64,000 nt of DNA, taken from Victivallis vadensis. Lineage in GTDB: Bacteria; Verrucomicrobiota; Lentisphaeria; Victivallales; GWF2-50-93. Shown here in pieces: positions 8,301-16,453 of the stretch. The position numbers were made by a program, and so were the translations under genes. Position 1 is the stretch's first letter, and the number at the start of each line of letters is the position of its first letter. The stretch spans positions 5,269-69,268 of the forward strand of contig CAMCYE010000005.1 of NCBI GenBank assembly GCA_945883805.1, in the 5' to 3' direction. The notes below the pieces were generated by a model, which did not search any database, was not told the origin of the DNA, and saw nothing but the letters and a program-made list of their open reading frames with translations.

Positions 8301-10538
8301 GGATATCGTCCTTACTTCACCTATGGATACCACTATAACCGCCATCTGAGCGATTTCCTTTATTCCTATTGGAGCTCCCAGGGCAAACCAAAGGGGACAT
8401 TGCTGATGGCGGGTGATTCGATGTGGCCGCTTTATTGGCTGAACAGCGCCAGTTTTTACGGATCACAGGGAATCACCATGTCCGGACCTCTGATGATGCA
8501 CTATCTGACCGGTGACCGGCGTATCATGGACGGTGTCCGCGCCTACGCAGATTACATGGCACGCAATTTCGATCCGTCAAAACTGCCAGATGCAATAGCC
8601 GGATCCAACCAAGCTCCATACGAATGCCTGGCGGAACTCTATGCGGCAACCTGGGACGAACGTCTTGGCGATCTGCTAAGGGAAACCCGGATGCGGATAA
8701 CCGATCTGGAAACCGGCAGCGGACTGCCGAACGACAAATACTACGGAGCCTGGTACAAGCCGTTTACGGTTATCAATGCAGTTCTAAAGGATTGGATTGT
8801 TACCGGTTCACCTCGGGCAAAGGAATGTTTCCTGAAATATTGCCAGACCCTGCTGCGGAAAGTTCCGCCGTCCGATCCCGGATACAATGATTTTACCGGG
8901 AAATTCATGAATTATGCCTGGCAGATGACAGGTGATCAGCGTTATGCCGACTGGAATGCCGAGCGCCTGTCACGGGTCGAGAAGGCATTCACCGCTCCAG
9001 ACGGCCGCGTTACAGTCGCAAATCCTTTTGTGGGAACGCACAATCTGACTTTTTATGAGACCGTTGCCAGGGGACTCGATCTGGTGGCGAAAAATGAAGG
9101 CAAAATTCGGCCGTGGCCGCAGCTCGAAACCGGACCAAGCGGTTTTCCTGTTTCTATGTTTATTCAGAAGCCACATGGAAAAACGGTGTCAGCCGATCTG
9201 GATTACGGACGCAAATTCAATCTCGTCATGACCAAAATCCAGCGGGAAAAAGATGTTCCCCTGAAATACGGCTATCTCGGGTCAGTTGAATTAAATTCCT
9301 GCCCATCCTATGGCTTGGACGAGGATAACGGAGGCCTTGGACGCGGCTTTGCCACGCTGCTCCTCCCAAAGGAAACACTCGCAGGGGAATACCGGCTCGA
9401 TGATGTCCGCCGCATTTATGCTACGGATGCCGAAAAACTGGTCCTCTGTATCCCGTGCGGAGCATATCTGCCGGCATCCAATACCCAGGGGACAACCTGG
9501 TATTTCTCGGTTCCAGCCGGACGTGAAGGCGCGCTCCAGGTAAATAAACCCGTCACGATGAATTTCGATGGAAAAGAAGTGGCGATTCAGGCTGGCGCGG
9601 CTTATCCCATTGCCAAATCCGACAAGGAACGCAAAGGAATAATCCGTGTAAATGAAATGACATTCCTCCGGTTTTCCGGCAATATTCCAGCGGTTCTGTC
9701 CTGCAACGATGCCGGAGGGTATTTTGTTCCTGACAGCCCGAATGCGACACCCAATCCCCTGCTCCCATTGGAACCGGCGGATTCGGTATGGACTCCGGGC
9801 CAGACAAAACAGGAAGGCGATCAGGCTCTGCTTCTCAATGGAAAAAGGAGCCTTATCCTGCCCCGCGGAGAAAAAAAGGATTCAGGCCGCCGCAACTACC
9901 AGTTTGTGGATTATGACAAGGGCACCCTCGAATTCTGGTTCAAGCCCCAATGGACCAGCCCGCTGCTGACCGAAAAGAAAACCTTTCCCATAATCAAGTG
10001 CATGGAATGGGAGCTTTCGTACTTCAACTATCTTGGCAATACTGTTGACGGCAAAGAATTTCCCTTCGTGGATAATCAGTTCCTCTTCCGCGCGCTGTCA
10101 CCGGATAAAAAGCCGCCTTATGTCCCCCAGGACATCCGGAATCACATGTCAATTGAGCAGGGAGACTGGCATCACCTCGCCCTTTGCTGGGAATACGATA
10201 CCGGAAAAAAAGTATGGAATGCAGAACTGTATATTGACGGCCGTTCCGAACACGGAGGTCTGCACCGATACGAATACGCTCCGAAACTCGGATACAACTG
10301 GGATGTCGCCGAACCAAGCCGACCATTCGAATTTCCTGGCGGGTTCAACGCCGTCATTGACGAGATCCGGATCAGCGATATTCCCAGATATTCCGTTTCT
10401 TTCGATCCCATTCCGCGACGTCCCTTCGAAACGGACAAGCATACGCGGCTTCTTCTGCATATGAACGGTAATGCCAAAGCAGTCGACGGAGAAGGAAAAC
10501 CGGTGGAAACGCAAGTGTCAGGAATTCCGAATAAGTAA
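5385..10538 (+). CDS. Very large secreted multidomain protein (CBM9-like N-terminal module, uncharacterised central region, C-terminal LamG/concanavalin-like module)
   Basis: 1717-aa ORF with GGGAG upstream. Signal peptide is MKCTKLAAGFLCWTLVLLVFALHPQAAGA. CBM9-like signature: DGQLTDANWKGLPDNTAF ... WEDDCLEIFL ... YQIDVNANG. C-terminal LamG-like signature: GTLEFWFKPQW ... GDWHHLALCW ... LYIDGRS ... IDEIRISD. I did not recognise the central ~1000 aa. Confidence 0.7.
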   Translation: MKCTKLAAGFLCWTLVLLVFALHPQAAGAEESGWFQLQPCLPVWETVPVASVPRMAAGKAGNPPVIDGQLTDANWKGLPDNTAFSTCRNFPESALTWVSAACQYDGERLYLAARLQKAEGNLKASCKTPGGRIWEDDCLEIFLGQPDSAVRYQIDVNANGVWWAGAVGGGKDWKPDIRAAGKIEDKTWTVELSIPLASLDLDKGNLLPLAMDMRYLVNNGASWTAWGSGQGAKQGYGILILDPAKAPLLPAQTTAFLMPDALLRGKNSEVLGVEVVNSDKVPHQIAVLLDWGTNFGKHVQEILQLQPKEKKRFMLNLDIAGADLQNIPLRLTCKDLTGAQTIFAKEKTVPVIPEFSFVLDRMRLLKGDRETTGILSYGTNLGEMFMELWDDVHCINREKLTIKNPGQYRIRLKTASLNPGEYRFRIKTGTAGHILTETVPLVIVQTVPMPESSKIALITDVGTVQPGGKEEDVPLYSGITFPGGVLTDMKQVRVVDDSGREVPSQSEILTTWGPGGSIQWLGMHFQGKTGRTYAAEFGSDVQRKVLPEKPVTVNPAAGGNGLTIDTGAAVFELSKTGPLIVKSSLGGIPVTTNSKGCLTVTDQKGRIGDETHDTVSDGVGPQVEFSGPLMAVVRREGFYRTEKGESLGKYVVRLSFYAGKPYVGIQHTFIHTEDSNRQQIADLSLSFLPVFSAPWKVVLNNLPGKDNGNFSTEIEPAKGEGAYLAQTEYRHYLSELCEYQVGVKKAAGDWKTVNKGERAGNWGAVTGKDTGVALILPKLVEMFPKEIEVGADGIAAHLWSSRGGRLLDYRPSAISKNLGEEWVEKGGYPGGLKAFNAIYSTAVGSARTHDLMLMLMKTGEGTGQVSATAERAENPPITIQDPAWLNQTGAIGPIHQHDPKKFPRIESFVQNTFLTEVAGKADKIGDYGFLEYGNGPHSYVGRPQYKHFPRFYRYYDTDYQFRNAVWLLFARSGYRPYFTYGYHYNRHLSDFLYSYWSSQGKPKGTLLMAGDSMWPLYWLNSASFYGSQGITMSGPLMMHYLTGDRRIMDGVRAYADYMARNFDPSKLPDAIAGSNQAPYECLAELYAATWDERLGDLLRETRMRITDLETGSGLPNDKYYGAWYKPFTVINAVLKDWIVTGSPRAKECFLKYCQTLLRKVPPSDPGYNDFTGKFMNYAWQMTGDQRYADWNAERLSRVEKAFTAPDGRVTVANPFVGTHNLTFYETVARGLDLVAKNEGKIRPWPQLETGPSGFPVSMFIQKPHGKTVSADLDYGRKFNLVMTKIQREKDVPLKYGYLGSVELNSCPSYGLDEDNGGLGRGFATLLLPKETLAGEYRLDDVRRIYATDAEKLVLCIPCGAYLPASNTQGTTWYFSVPAGREGALQVNKPVTMNFDGKEVAIQAGAAYPIAKSDKERKGIIRVNEMTFLRFSGNIPAVLSCNDAGGYFVPDSPNATPNPLLPLEPADSVWTPGQTKQEGDQALLLNGKRSLILPRGEKKDSGRRNYQFVDYDKGTLEFWFKPQWTSPLLTEKKTFPIIKCMEWELSYFNYLGNTVDGKEFPFVDNQFLFRALSPDKKPPYVPQDIRNHMSIEQGDWHHLALCWEYDTGKKVWNAELYIDGRSEHGGLHRYEYAPKLGYNWDVAEPSRPFEFPGGFNAVIDEIRISDIPRYSVSFDPIPRRPFETDKHTRLLLHMNGNAKAVDGEGKPVETQVSGIPNK

Positions 10539-10549
10539 AGGCTTAAGAC

Positions 10550-11653
10550 ATGAAACGCCATCATGAACTTTCGATCAGCGGTATCGTTGCAAAACCCGGA
10601 CAGGCCGTGTCCGGCGTCCTGCAAATCAAACAGGACGGAAAATCCGTCCGACTGCCGCTTCTGCTGATCAACGGTTCCAGACCCGGTCCAAAAGTGCTTG
10701 TCCTGGCCAATCAGCATGGGAATGAGTTGAACGGCATGGAGTCAGCCCGTACTTTTTTCCAGGAAATCAACCCGGGAAAACTGCGCGGACAGATTATCCT
10801 GTTCCCTTCTATGAACCCTGAGGCGGCCATGCTGGGAACACCGACTTGGGCAGAAGGAACTGAAGCGGTTGGTGTCTACGAGTCAAAATTCAATCTCAAT
10901 CACATCTGGCCCGGAAATGCAAATACTACACTTGCGGGAAAAATCGTCCACGAAATCTGGAACTCGGCGGTTGCAGGCAAAGACCGAAAAGCCGATCTGC
11001 TCATTGATCTCCATTGCCACCGGAACCCCACCGCCGTATATGCCGAAGACGATGAGGCGGGTGTTCTGGGAATTGCCTCGGGCATGCCTGTGGTGGTGAT
11101 GACCCGCGGCAACGATGCCGAACGCTGTGGTAAAAAACAATTGGTAACCGGCTCCAACCTGGCCTGCGCCAGGAATGGGATTCCTTCGATTACCATTGAG
11201 CTTAAGGGGCAGGACGCATTCTTTCCGGAATCGATCCGACAAGGGAAGACTGCGCTCCTCAACCTCTGTCGGTATCTTGGAATGCTGGGCGGAGCTATGG
11301 TTCTGCCGGAAAATACCGCAATCATTGATCCATGGCGTGCGGAATTTGTCCCTGACACACACCGGCAAACTTACAGTCAATACCGTTCAAAATACGATGC
11401 CCTTTTTGTCCCCCATGTTTCCATTTATGAAAGAGTCAGGAGGAACCAGGTTGTCGGGCATATTCTGGATCCGTACACGGCGCAGATACTGGAGGAATGT
11501 CCATCTCCGATGAATGGCGGACTATACGGCATTGCCGGTAAAGGCCAATGTAAAAATGGCGAAATCCTTTTCACTGCAGCCCATTGGAAAGCAGTAAATC
11601 CAAATAATGTCATAAGGAAGATTAACAAAAAAAGTACAGGAGGTGCCAAATGA
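10550..11653 (+). CDS. Succinylglutamate desuccinylase / aspartoacylase (AstE/AspA, M14-like) family deacylase
   Basis: VLVLANQHGNELNGMESA (the H-x-x-E zinc motif of this family), LIDLHCH, ITIELKG. Confidence 0.7.
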   Translation: MKRHHELSISGIVAKPGQAVSGVLQIKQDGKSVRLPLLLINGSRPGPKVLVLANQHGNELNGMESARTFFQEINPGKLRGQIILFPSMNPEAAMLGTPTWAEGTEAVGVYESKFNLNHIWPGNANTTLAGKIVHEIWNSAVAGKDRKADLLIDLHCHRNPTAVYAEDDEAGVLGIASGMPVVVMTRGNDAERCGKKQLVTGSNLACARNGIPSITIELKGQDAFFPESIRQGKTALLNLCRYLGMLGGAMVLPENTAIIDPWRAEFVPDTHRQTYSQYRSKYDALFVPHVSIYERVRRNQVVGHILDPYTAQILEECPSPMNGGLYGIAGKGQCKNGEILFTAAHWKAVNPNNVIRKINKKSTGGAK

Positions 11654-12438
11654 ACAACTCTTCATCCGGACAAAAGCGAGTAGTTTGTGAAGAAGGACAA
11701 AAAGAAACCGGTGTGCGGGAAATCCGCATGCACCTGTCTGCGGGTGCCCATGCACAGGCAGGCGGTTTGCCGGAAGAGGCGAGGCCGGAAATATGCAATG
11801 CGTTGCGGAAAAGAAGTGGCTTCTCTTTAGTCGAACTGCTTGTAGTGATAGCTATCATCGGAATTTTGGCGTCGCTACTTTTGCCGGCTCTGAAAAATGC
11901 AAAGGATGTGGCACAAGAGATCAGTTGCGCCAGCATGCTCAGGCAACATACGACTTCAGCAATCATGTATACGGATGATAACGGTGGCTTTTTCATGCCA
12001 CATGTCGTAGGTTCCACCCCTTGGTACCTGTATCTCGACAGTGACGCCATTAAAAACAAGGAACGTTTTAAATGCCCTTCGGCAGATGCGGCAAAATGGT
12101 CGGATTTCGAACTGCTTCCGAATTACCGTCCCATGTACGGTTACAACAGGTGCCTTGCCTTAGGAAATGGAAGCACTGTGCCGCCGCCCAAAAACTTCAC
12201 CATCAAAAATCCTTCGAAAACCGTAATCTTCGGAGACAGCCAGGGGCGATATCCCAGCAATAAGGATCATTCTTTTTCATATGTCCTTGACAATAGTGCA
12301 AATATGTGGTTTGAGTTGCGGCATGGCAGGAAAGCCAATTTCACCTGCATTGACGGGCACCGAGAAAGCCTGCGTTGGGTCTATGGATATGCGTGCGAGG
12401 GATACGACAGCACCTCCTTTCAATATTGGAACCAATGA
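11650..12438 (+). CDS. Prepilin-type N-terminal methylation-domain protein with H-X9-DG motif (DUF1559-type)
   Basis: [30 protein letters not shown] leader/helix. C-terminal RH-GRKANFTCI-DG gives H-X9-DG. ATGA overlap with the preceding stop. The start is uncertain, with a later ATG at MHLSAG. Confidence 0.8.
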   Translation: MNNSSSGQKRVVCEEGQKETGVREIRMHLSAGAHAQAGGLPEEARPEICNALRKRSGFSLVELLVVIAIIGILASLLLPALKNAKDVAQEISCASMLRQHTTSAIMYTDDNGGFFMPHVVGSTPWYLYLDSDAIKNKERFKCPSADAAKWSDFELLPNYRPMYGYNRCLALGNGSTVPPPKNFTIKNPSKTVIFGDSQGRYPSNKDHSFSYVLDNSANMWFELRHGRKANFTCIDGHRESLRWVYGYACEGYDSTSFQYWNQ

Positions 12439-12463
12439 CGATTGATATAGAGGGATAAAGACT

Positions 12464-13333
12464 ATGAAAGTACTGCTGCATGTGAATTATCATGAGGGAA
12501 AAGGGCGGCTTCGCCGCTTGTTTGAACTGGCCAGTCAATATGGCTATGACGGCGTGGAGTTGCGCTGGAAATATGCCTTCGACGATTTCAATCAGAACAC
12601 TTACCTACAGGAGGTCGCAACGCTAAAATCGCAATATCCGGACATGGAGATCGTTTTTGGGGGAACGGTTGGCTTCTGCCGCGGCAGTAAGGATGAAGTG
12701 GAGAAGTCAACTGGCGAGTATCTGGATTTTCTCGGCTGGGCGGCAAAAGAATGCGGAACGAAAGTTATGAACTTTTTCACCGGAGCGATGGTTGCCGGAA
12801 ATAATAATTACTATGATTTTCATGCCAATGGCAGCGCGATCGCGTCGGAGCACGACTATGAAAAGGCTGCGTCCGGATTGCGCCTGATCGGAGACGCTGC
12901 GGCTTCCAAAGGGATTCTGATTGCCCTGGAGACGCACAATTGCCAACTGCACGATACCGCGACGGCATGCAATAAATTGATGGCTCTGACCAGTCACAAT
13001 GCCATCGGCTTGAACTACGATCACGGCAATATCTTCATTCATCGGCACGGCGAGTCAATTGAAGACGTATTTAAACTTATCGGCGGCAAGATTTATTACG
13101 CCCACCTTAAAAATATAATTAAACCTGCGGGAATGGCGTTGCCGGGAGGTTTTATCCCCACCCGTTTAAAAGACGGCCATATCAACAACCGTGATATTGT
13201 CGGGCTTCTGCGTCACTCGCTGCGGTCAGATATGCTGGCACTGGAATATCCCTGCACCGGCGATGGCATACTCGCGATTAAAGAGGATATGGAATATATG
13301 CGTTCATTAAAGGAATATTTCAATATCCCGTGA
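12464..13333 (+). CDS. Sugar phosphate isomerase/epimerase (xylose-isomerase-like TIM barrel)
   Basis: 289 aa. YGYDGVELRW, ILIALETHN and YYAHLKN are typical AP-endonuclease-2/xylose-isomerase-like barrel motifs. Confidence 0.75.
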   Translation: MKVLLHVNYHEGKGRLRRLFELASQYGYDGVELRWKYAFDDFNQNTYLQEVATLKSQYPDMEIVFGGTVGFCRGSKDEVEKSTGEYLDFLGWAAKECGTKVMNFFTGAMVAGNNNYYDFHANGSAIASEHDYEKAASGLRLIGDAAASKGILIALETHNCQLHDTATACNKLMALTSHNAIGLNYDHGNIFIHRHGESIEDVFKLIGGKIYYAHLKNIIKPAGMALPGGFIPTRLKDGHINNRDIVGLLRHSLRSDMLALEYPCTGDGILAIKEDMEYMRSLKEYFNIP

Positions 13334-13373
13334 TCGGTTTATCTGCGTTTTTGACTATTTCCCGGATGGGTCG

Positions 13374-13540
13374 CCCCTTACGAATTTTTTAGACAAATGT
13401 TTTTGGCGAAAATCCCTACCTGGGAACGCCAAGCGTCTGCTTGGCTGTTACCAAGAGCCGACCAGACGGTCGGCGTTCCCGGCATTTCATCGCGCCTCCG
13501 GCGCATTTTTCCCCGAGGGAAAAACTTAGCCCCTTACGAA
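13374..13540. repeat. Hairpin-array element flanked by 11-bp direct repeats CCCCTTACGAA
   Basis: Direct repeats at 13374-13384 and 13530-13540. The inside has a nested structure at 13422-13480 (GGGAACG[CCAAGC-GTCT-GCTTGG]...[CCGACC-AGAC-GGTCGG]CGTTCCC). It also has hairpins GCGCC-TCC-GGCGC (13492-13504) and TTTTTCCC-CGA-GGGAAAAA (13506-13524). Confidence 0.6.
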
Positions 13541-13574
13541 AAATTTAACCCCTTAAAAGTTAAGTCTTCTGTTT

Positions 13575-15038
13575 TCAGCGCAAGATATTTTCCGTTTTCC
13601 ATGTCCCATCTTGGTTCCGGCTGCGCCGGGTTAGGCTGATTGCCGACATATCCCATGTCTCAACCGACAGTACCTTCGCTTTGCCGCCACAGGAGAAGAA
13701 TGAGACCCCAAGACTGTCAGTCCGGGTCGGCCAGATGCGCTGGGTCATGCACTGGCGGCCATTGGCGAAGACTTCCATGATGGAATGATCGAGATAGATG
13801 CGCAGCTCAAGCAATTCGCCGGGCTTCAATTCAAAAGGGGCTTCTTGTGCGGCGATGTCGGGATTTTCCGAACCCTTTGGCAGCATAAAGGTCGTCACGT
13901 AGGTCCGGGGCCTGACGCCTTTGTCCAACGAGGACTTGTCCATTTCGATGCGGAGGACTTTCCGAGCGTGAACATACGTGACCGCAGTTTCCTCCGCACC
14001 ATCGGGAGTACGGCGCACCTTGACTCCGCACGCTTCAGCCTGATGCGGATCAATAGTGATCTGCAGTTCCTTGCAGTCACCGTTAATTCCCGCCGTAATC
14101 ACATTCGTCTCAGGGGGAATATCTATGTTTTCCAAGTACTGCCGGTTCTTGCGCAATGTATTAAGTTCCACGGCCGATTCGATGTTCATCAAACCGCCGG
14201 GCCCCATCGAGAGCACTCGTGGCAGGGACATCGTCGTCGGACTGCCGAGCACCCAGGCCCACATGATCCGCCGACCTTTGCCATCGAGCAGGGTCTCAGG
14301 CGCAAAGCAGGTGCCTCCGGGCCAGTTCATGCGGTGATGTGCTTCCGGATGAAACTGCCTGTTGTCAAAACGGCCTGCATAGTGGCGGGTGCCACGGATG
14401 TGGCTGATGCACAGCAGAATGTGTTTGTCTCCCAGCCTGAATAGATCCGGGCAGGAAATATCCTCGTTGGCAAAGACATCCGACATCTCCCGGCTCATCA
14501 GCGGGCCAACCAGTTTCCAGTTCACAAGATTGTCGTCAGCGGAGGTGTAAAGAGAGGGTGCTTCACCGCTGCCCGGCTTGCCCCCAGAAATCGAGTAATA
14601 GGTGCCATCTTCGAACCAGGTGTGCGGATCCCAGCCGGGATTTTTCATCACGGGATTGGCTTCCAGCTTCTTGAAAACGTTCAATTCATCGTCCTGTGCA
14701 ACGGCCAGGCAGTTGCCTCCGGGATGCTTGGTGGATTCATCACCCAGTCCGTGGTAGGACAAGATCACGCGCCCATTCTTGCCGATGAAGGCGTTGCCGC
14801 TGTAGATTCCGCCTTCCGGGGCAGGCGAAAGCATCGGCGGATGCATTTGCCAGTTCACAAGATCCGTTGAGGAGACATGCCCCCATAAATGCCGGCCTCC
14901 TTCCTGATGGATATATCCCAGATGATAGCGCCCCTTGTAAAAGATAGCGCCGTTTGGATCGAAAATACTGCAGTCCAGCCCCGACGGACTGGTGAAGTGA
15001 TACGTGGGCATGGCCGCTTTGACCGAAGTGCTTGTCAT
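13575..15038 (-). CDS. Glycoside hydrolase family 32 (beta-fructofuranosidase / fructan hydrolase type)
   Basis: FDPNGAIFYKGRYHLGY (the WMNDPNG-type block) and EDISCPDLF (the EC motif block). 487 aa, no signal peptide. Confidence 0.75.
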   Translation of the reverse strand: MTSTSVKAAMPTYHFTSPSGLDCSIFDPNGAIFYKGRYHLGYIHQEGGRHLWGHVSSTDLVNWQMHPPMLSPAPEGGIYSGNAFIGKNGRVILSYHGLGDESTKHPGGNCLAVAQDDELNVFKKLEANPVMKNPGWDPHTWFEDGTYYSISGGKPGSGEAPSLYTSADDNLVNWKLVGPLMSREMSDVFANEDISCPDLFRLGDKHILLCISHIRGTRHYAGRFDNRQFHPEAHHRMNWPGGTCFAPETLLDGKGRRIMWAWVLGSPTTMSLPRVLSMGPGGLMNIESAVELNTLRKNRQYLENIDIPPETNVITAGINGDCKELQITIDPHQAEACGVKVRRTPDGAEETAVTYVHARKVLRIEMDKSSLDKGVRPRTYVTTFMLPKGSENPDIAAQEAPFELKPGELLELRIYLDHSIMEVFANGRQCMTQRIWPTRTDSLGVSFFSCGGKAKVLSVETWDMSAISLTRRSRNQDGTWKTENILR

Positions 15039-15088
15039 GCTTCTATTCTCCCGCTGATGAGTTAGCGTTCACGGATCCCGCAGACCGT

Positions 15089-16453
15089 TCATGCAAACTG
15101 CCAATACCCCGGATAGTCCTCTCCGTACTCCACCTTTGCCCAGTAAATCCCCGACTTGTCAATCTCCTCCTGTTTCAGGCGCCTTGTCGGCACCCGGGGA
15201 TCGTTCAACATCTGGCTCCTCACCCTGTGGAAGCAGTACTGCGTTTTACCGCCACCATGCGCCACCAGTTTTGGAAAATCAATCAGCGGTCCGCCCTGCA
15301 TCGGCAACCCCGCGCGGACACCATCGTAAATCTCCTGGACTTTCCTGACCGCAAATTCCCTCTCTACATCAATTTCCACCAGGTAAATCGGTCCTCTCCC
15401 ACCCTTATACGGAGAAATATCAATACAGCCGCCCGCCCGCCGGATCTCACCGTCCGGACACAGAAACGCACTGGACGGAAACCAGTTCGGCTGATTTTCC
15501 GGCATGACAAACTTCAATGCCTCCCGACCAAACAAATCACCGGTACGCGCCCATGCCATCGTCTTCCCAGTTGATCTCCTCGCCGAGATCACCCAGTCGC
15601 CTTTCCACGGCACAATGCTTGCCTCCATCAGATCCTCGCCCTGCAACGCTCCGCTCTCAACCCACTCATACCTCATGATCTTCGAATTGAACTTAAACCT
15701 AATTGGCATCACGCAACACCGTTTCATAGTTCCACCGGCGGTTGCCTTCTGCTCGCCAATCTGTGGGGGCACCCTCGGATCGTTCGTATTGTTCGCCATC
15801 ACCCATTCACTGCAATCGCCGTTGTATGGAACCGGCGGCACAAACGTCTGCACCATCCATCGCACTCCTTCCTGACTGCAGATCTCCAGCCCTTTCTCAT
15901 ATCCCGCCTGCCTCAACGGTCGCGCGGTTTCGAAAAACTCGATGTCGTCCTCAGCATCGTTGAGCCGGAACTGAACCCACTCCACGTGACGCGTTTTCTG
16001 CATCAACCCCGGAAACTCCTCCACATCTAGCATGAAGTTCAGCTTCGGATCGATATACCTCGCCTCGACGCGCCAGCACGCCGCAAAATGATTCTCATGC
16101 GCCACCCGTCCGCCATTGATCAACGCTCCCTTAGGCACTCCCATCACTACCGGGTGACCGAGCTGTTTCACATACCGTCTCCCGTCGCCCAGCGGATCCC
16201 AGTCATCACAGGTCCTGCATAGCCACCCCTCCTTGATTACCGGGCCCGCGATCCCTCCTTGCCGAAGTTGATACACCCCGCTCCTCTCATCGTCGTTCCC
16301 GCGGTACGACCTTGTTGTGTATACAAACAGCCAACGATCCCTGCTCAACTGAAAACCATTGGGATGTGCCGGATGGACGTTAAGCTCCCGTTCTTCCCCC
16401 GGCAAGCCACACCCATGGAAAAACTCGCCTTGATGTTCAATCCGCTTAATCAT
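15089..16453 (-). CDS. Conserved-looking hypothetical protein (454 aa), no family recognised
   Basis: Long ORF translationally coupled to the upstream amidohydrolase gene by an ATGA overlap at 16450-16453. It is followed 50 nt later by GH32. No signal peptide and no motif I can name. Confidence 0.6.
   Translation of the reverse strand: MIKRIEHQGEFFHGCGLPGEERELNVHPAHPNGFQLSRDRWLFVYTTRSYRGNDDERSGVYQLRQGGIAGPVIKEGWLCRTCDDWDPLGDGRRYVKQLGHPVVMGVPKGALINGGRVAHENHFAACWRVEARYIDPKLNFMLDVEEFPGLMQKTRHVEWVQFRLNDAEDDIEFFETARPLRQAGYEKGLEICSQEGVRWMVQTFVPPVPYNGDCSEWVMANNTNDPRVPPQIGEQKATAGGTMKRCCVMPIRFKFNSKIMRYEWVESGALQGEDLMEASIVPWKGDWVISARRSTGKTMAWARTGDLFGREALKFVMPENQPNWFPSSAFLCPDGEIRRAGGCIDISPYKGGRGPIYLVEIDVEREFAVRKVQEIYDGVRAGLPMQGGPLIDFPKLVAHGGGKTQYCFHRVRSQMLNDPRVPTRRLKQEEIDKSGIYWAKVEYGEDYPGYWQFA

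Noticed and set aside
13397-13639. 80-aa ORF in the convergent spacer.
   Set aside because: It lies across the hairpin-array element. Its sequence is dictated by palindromes and its tail overlaps the 3' end of the GH32 gene (13575-13639).
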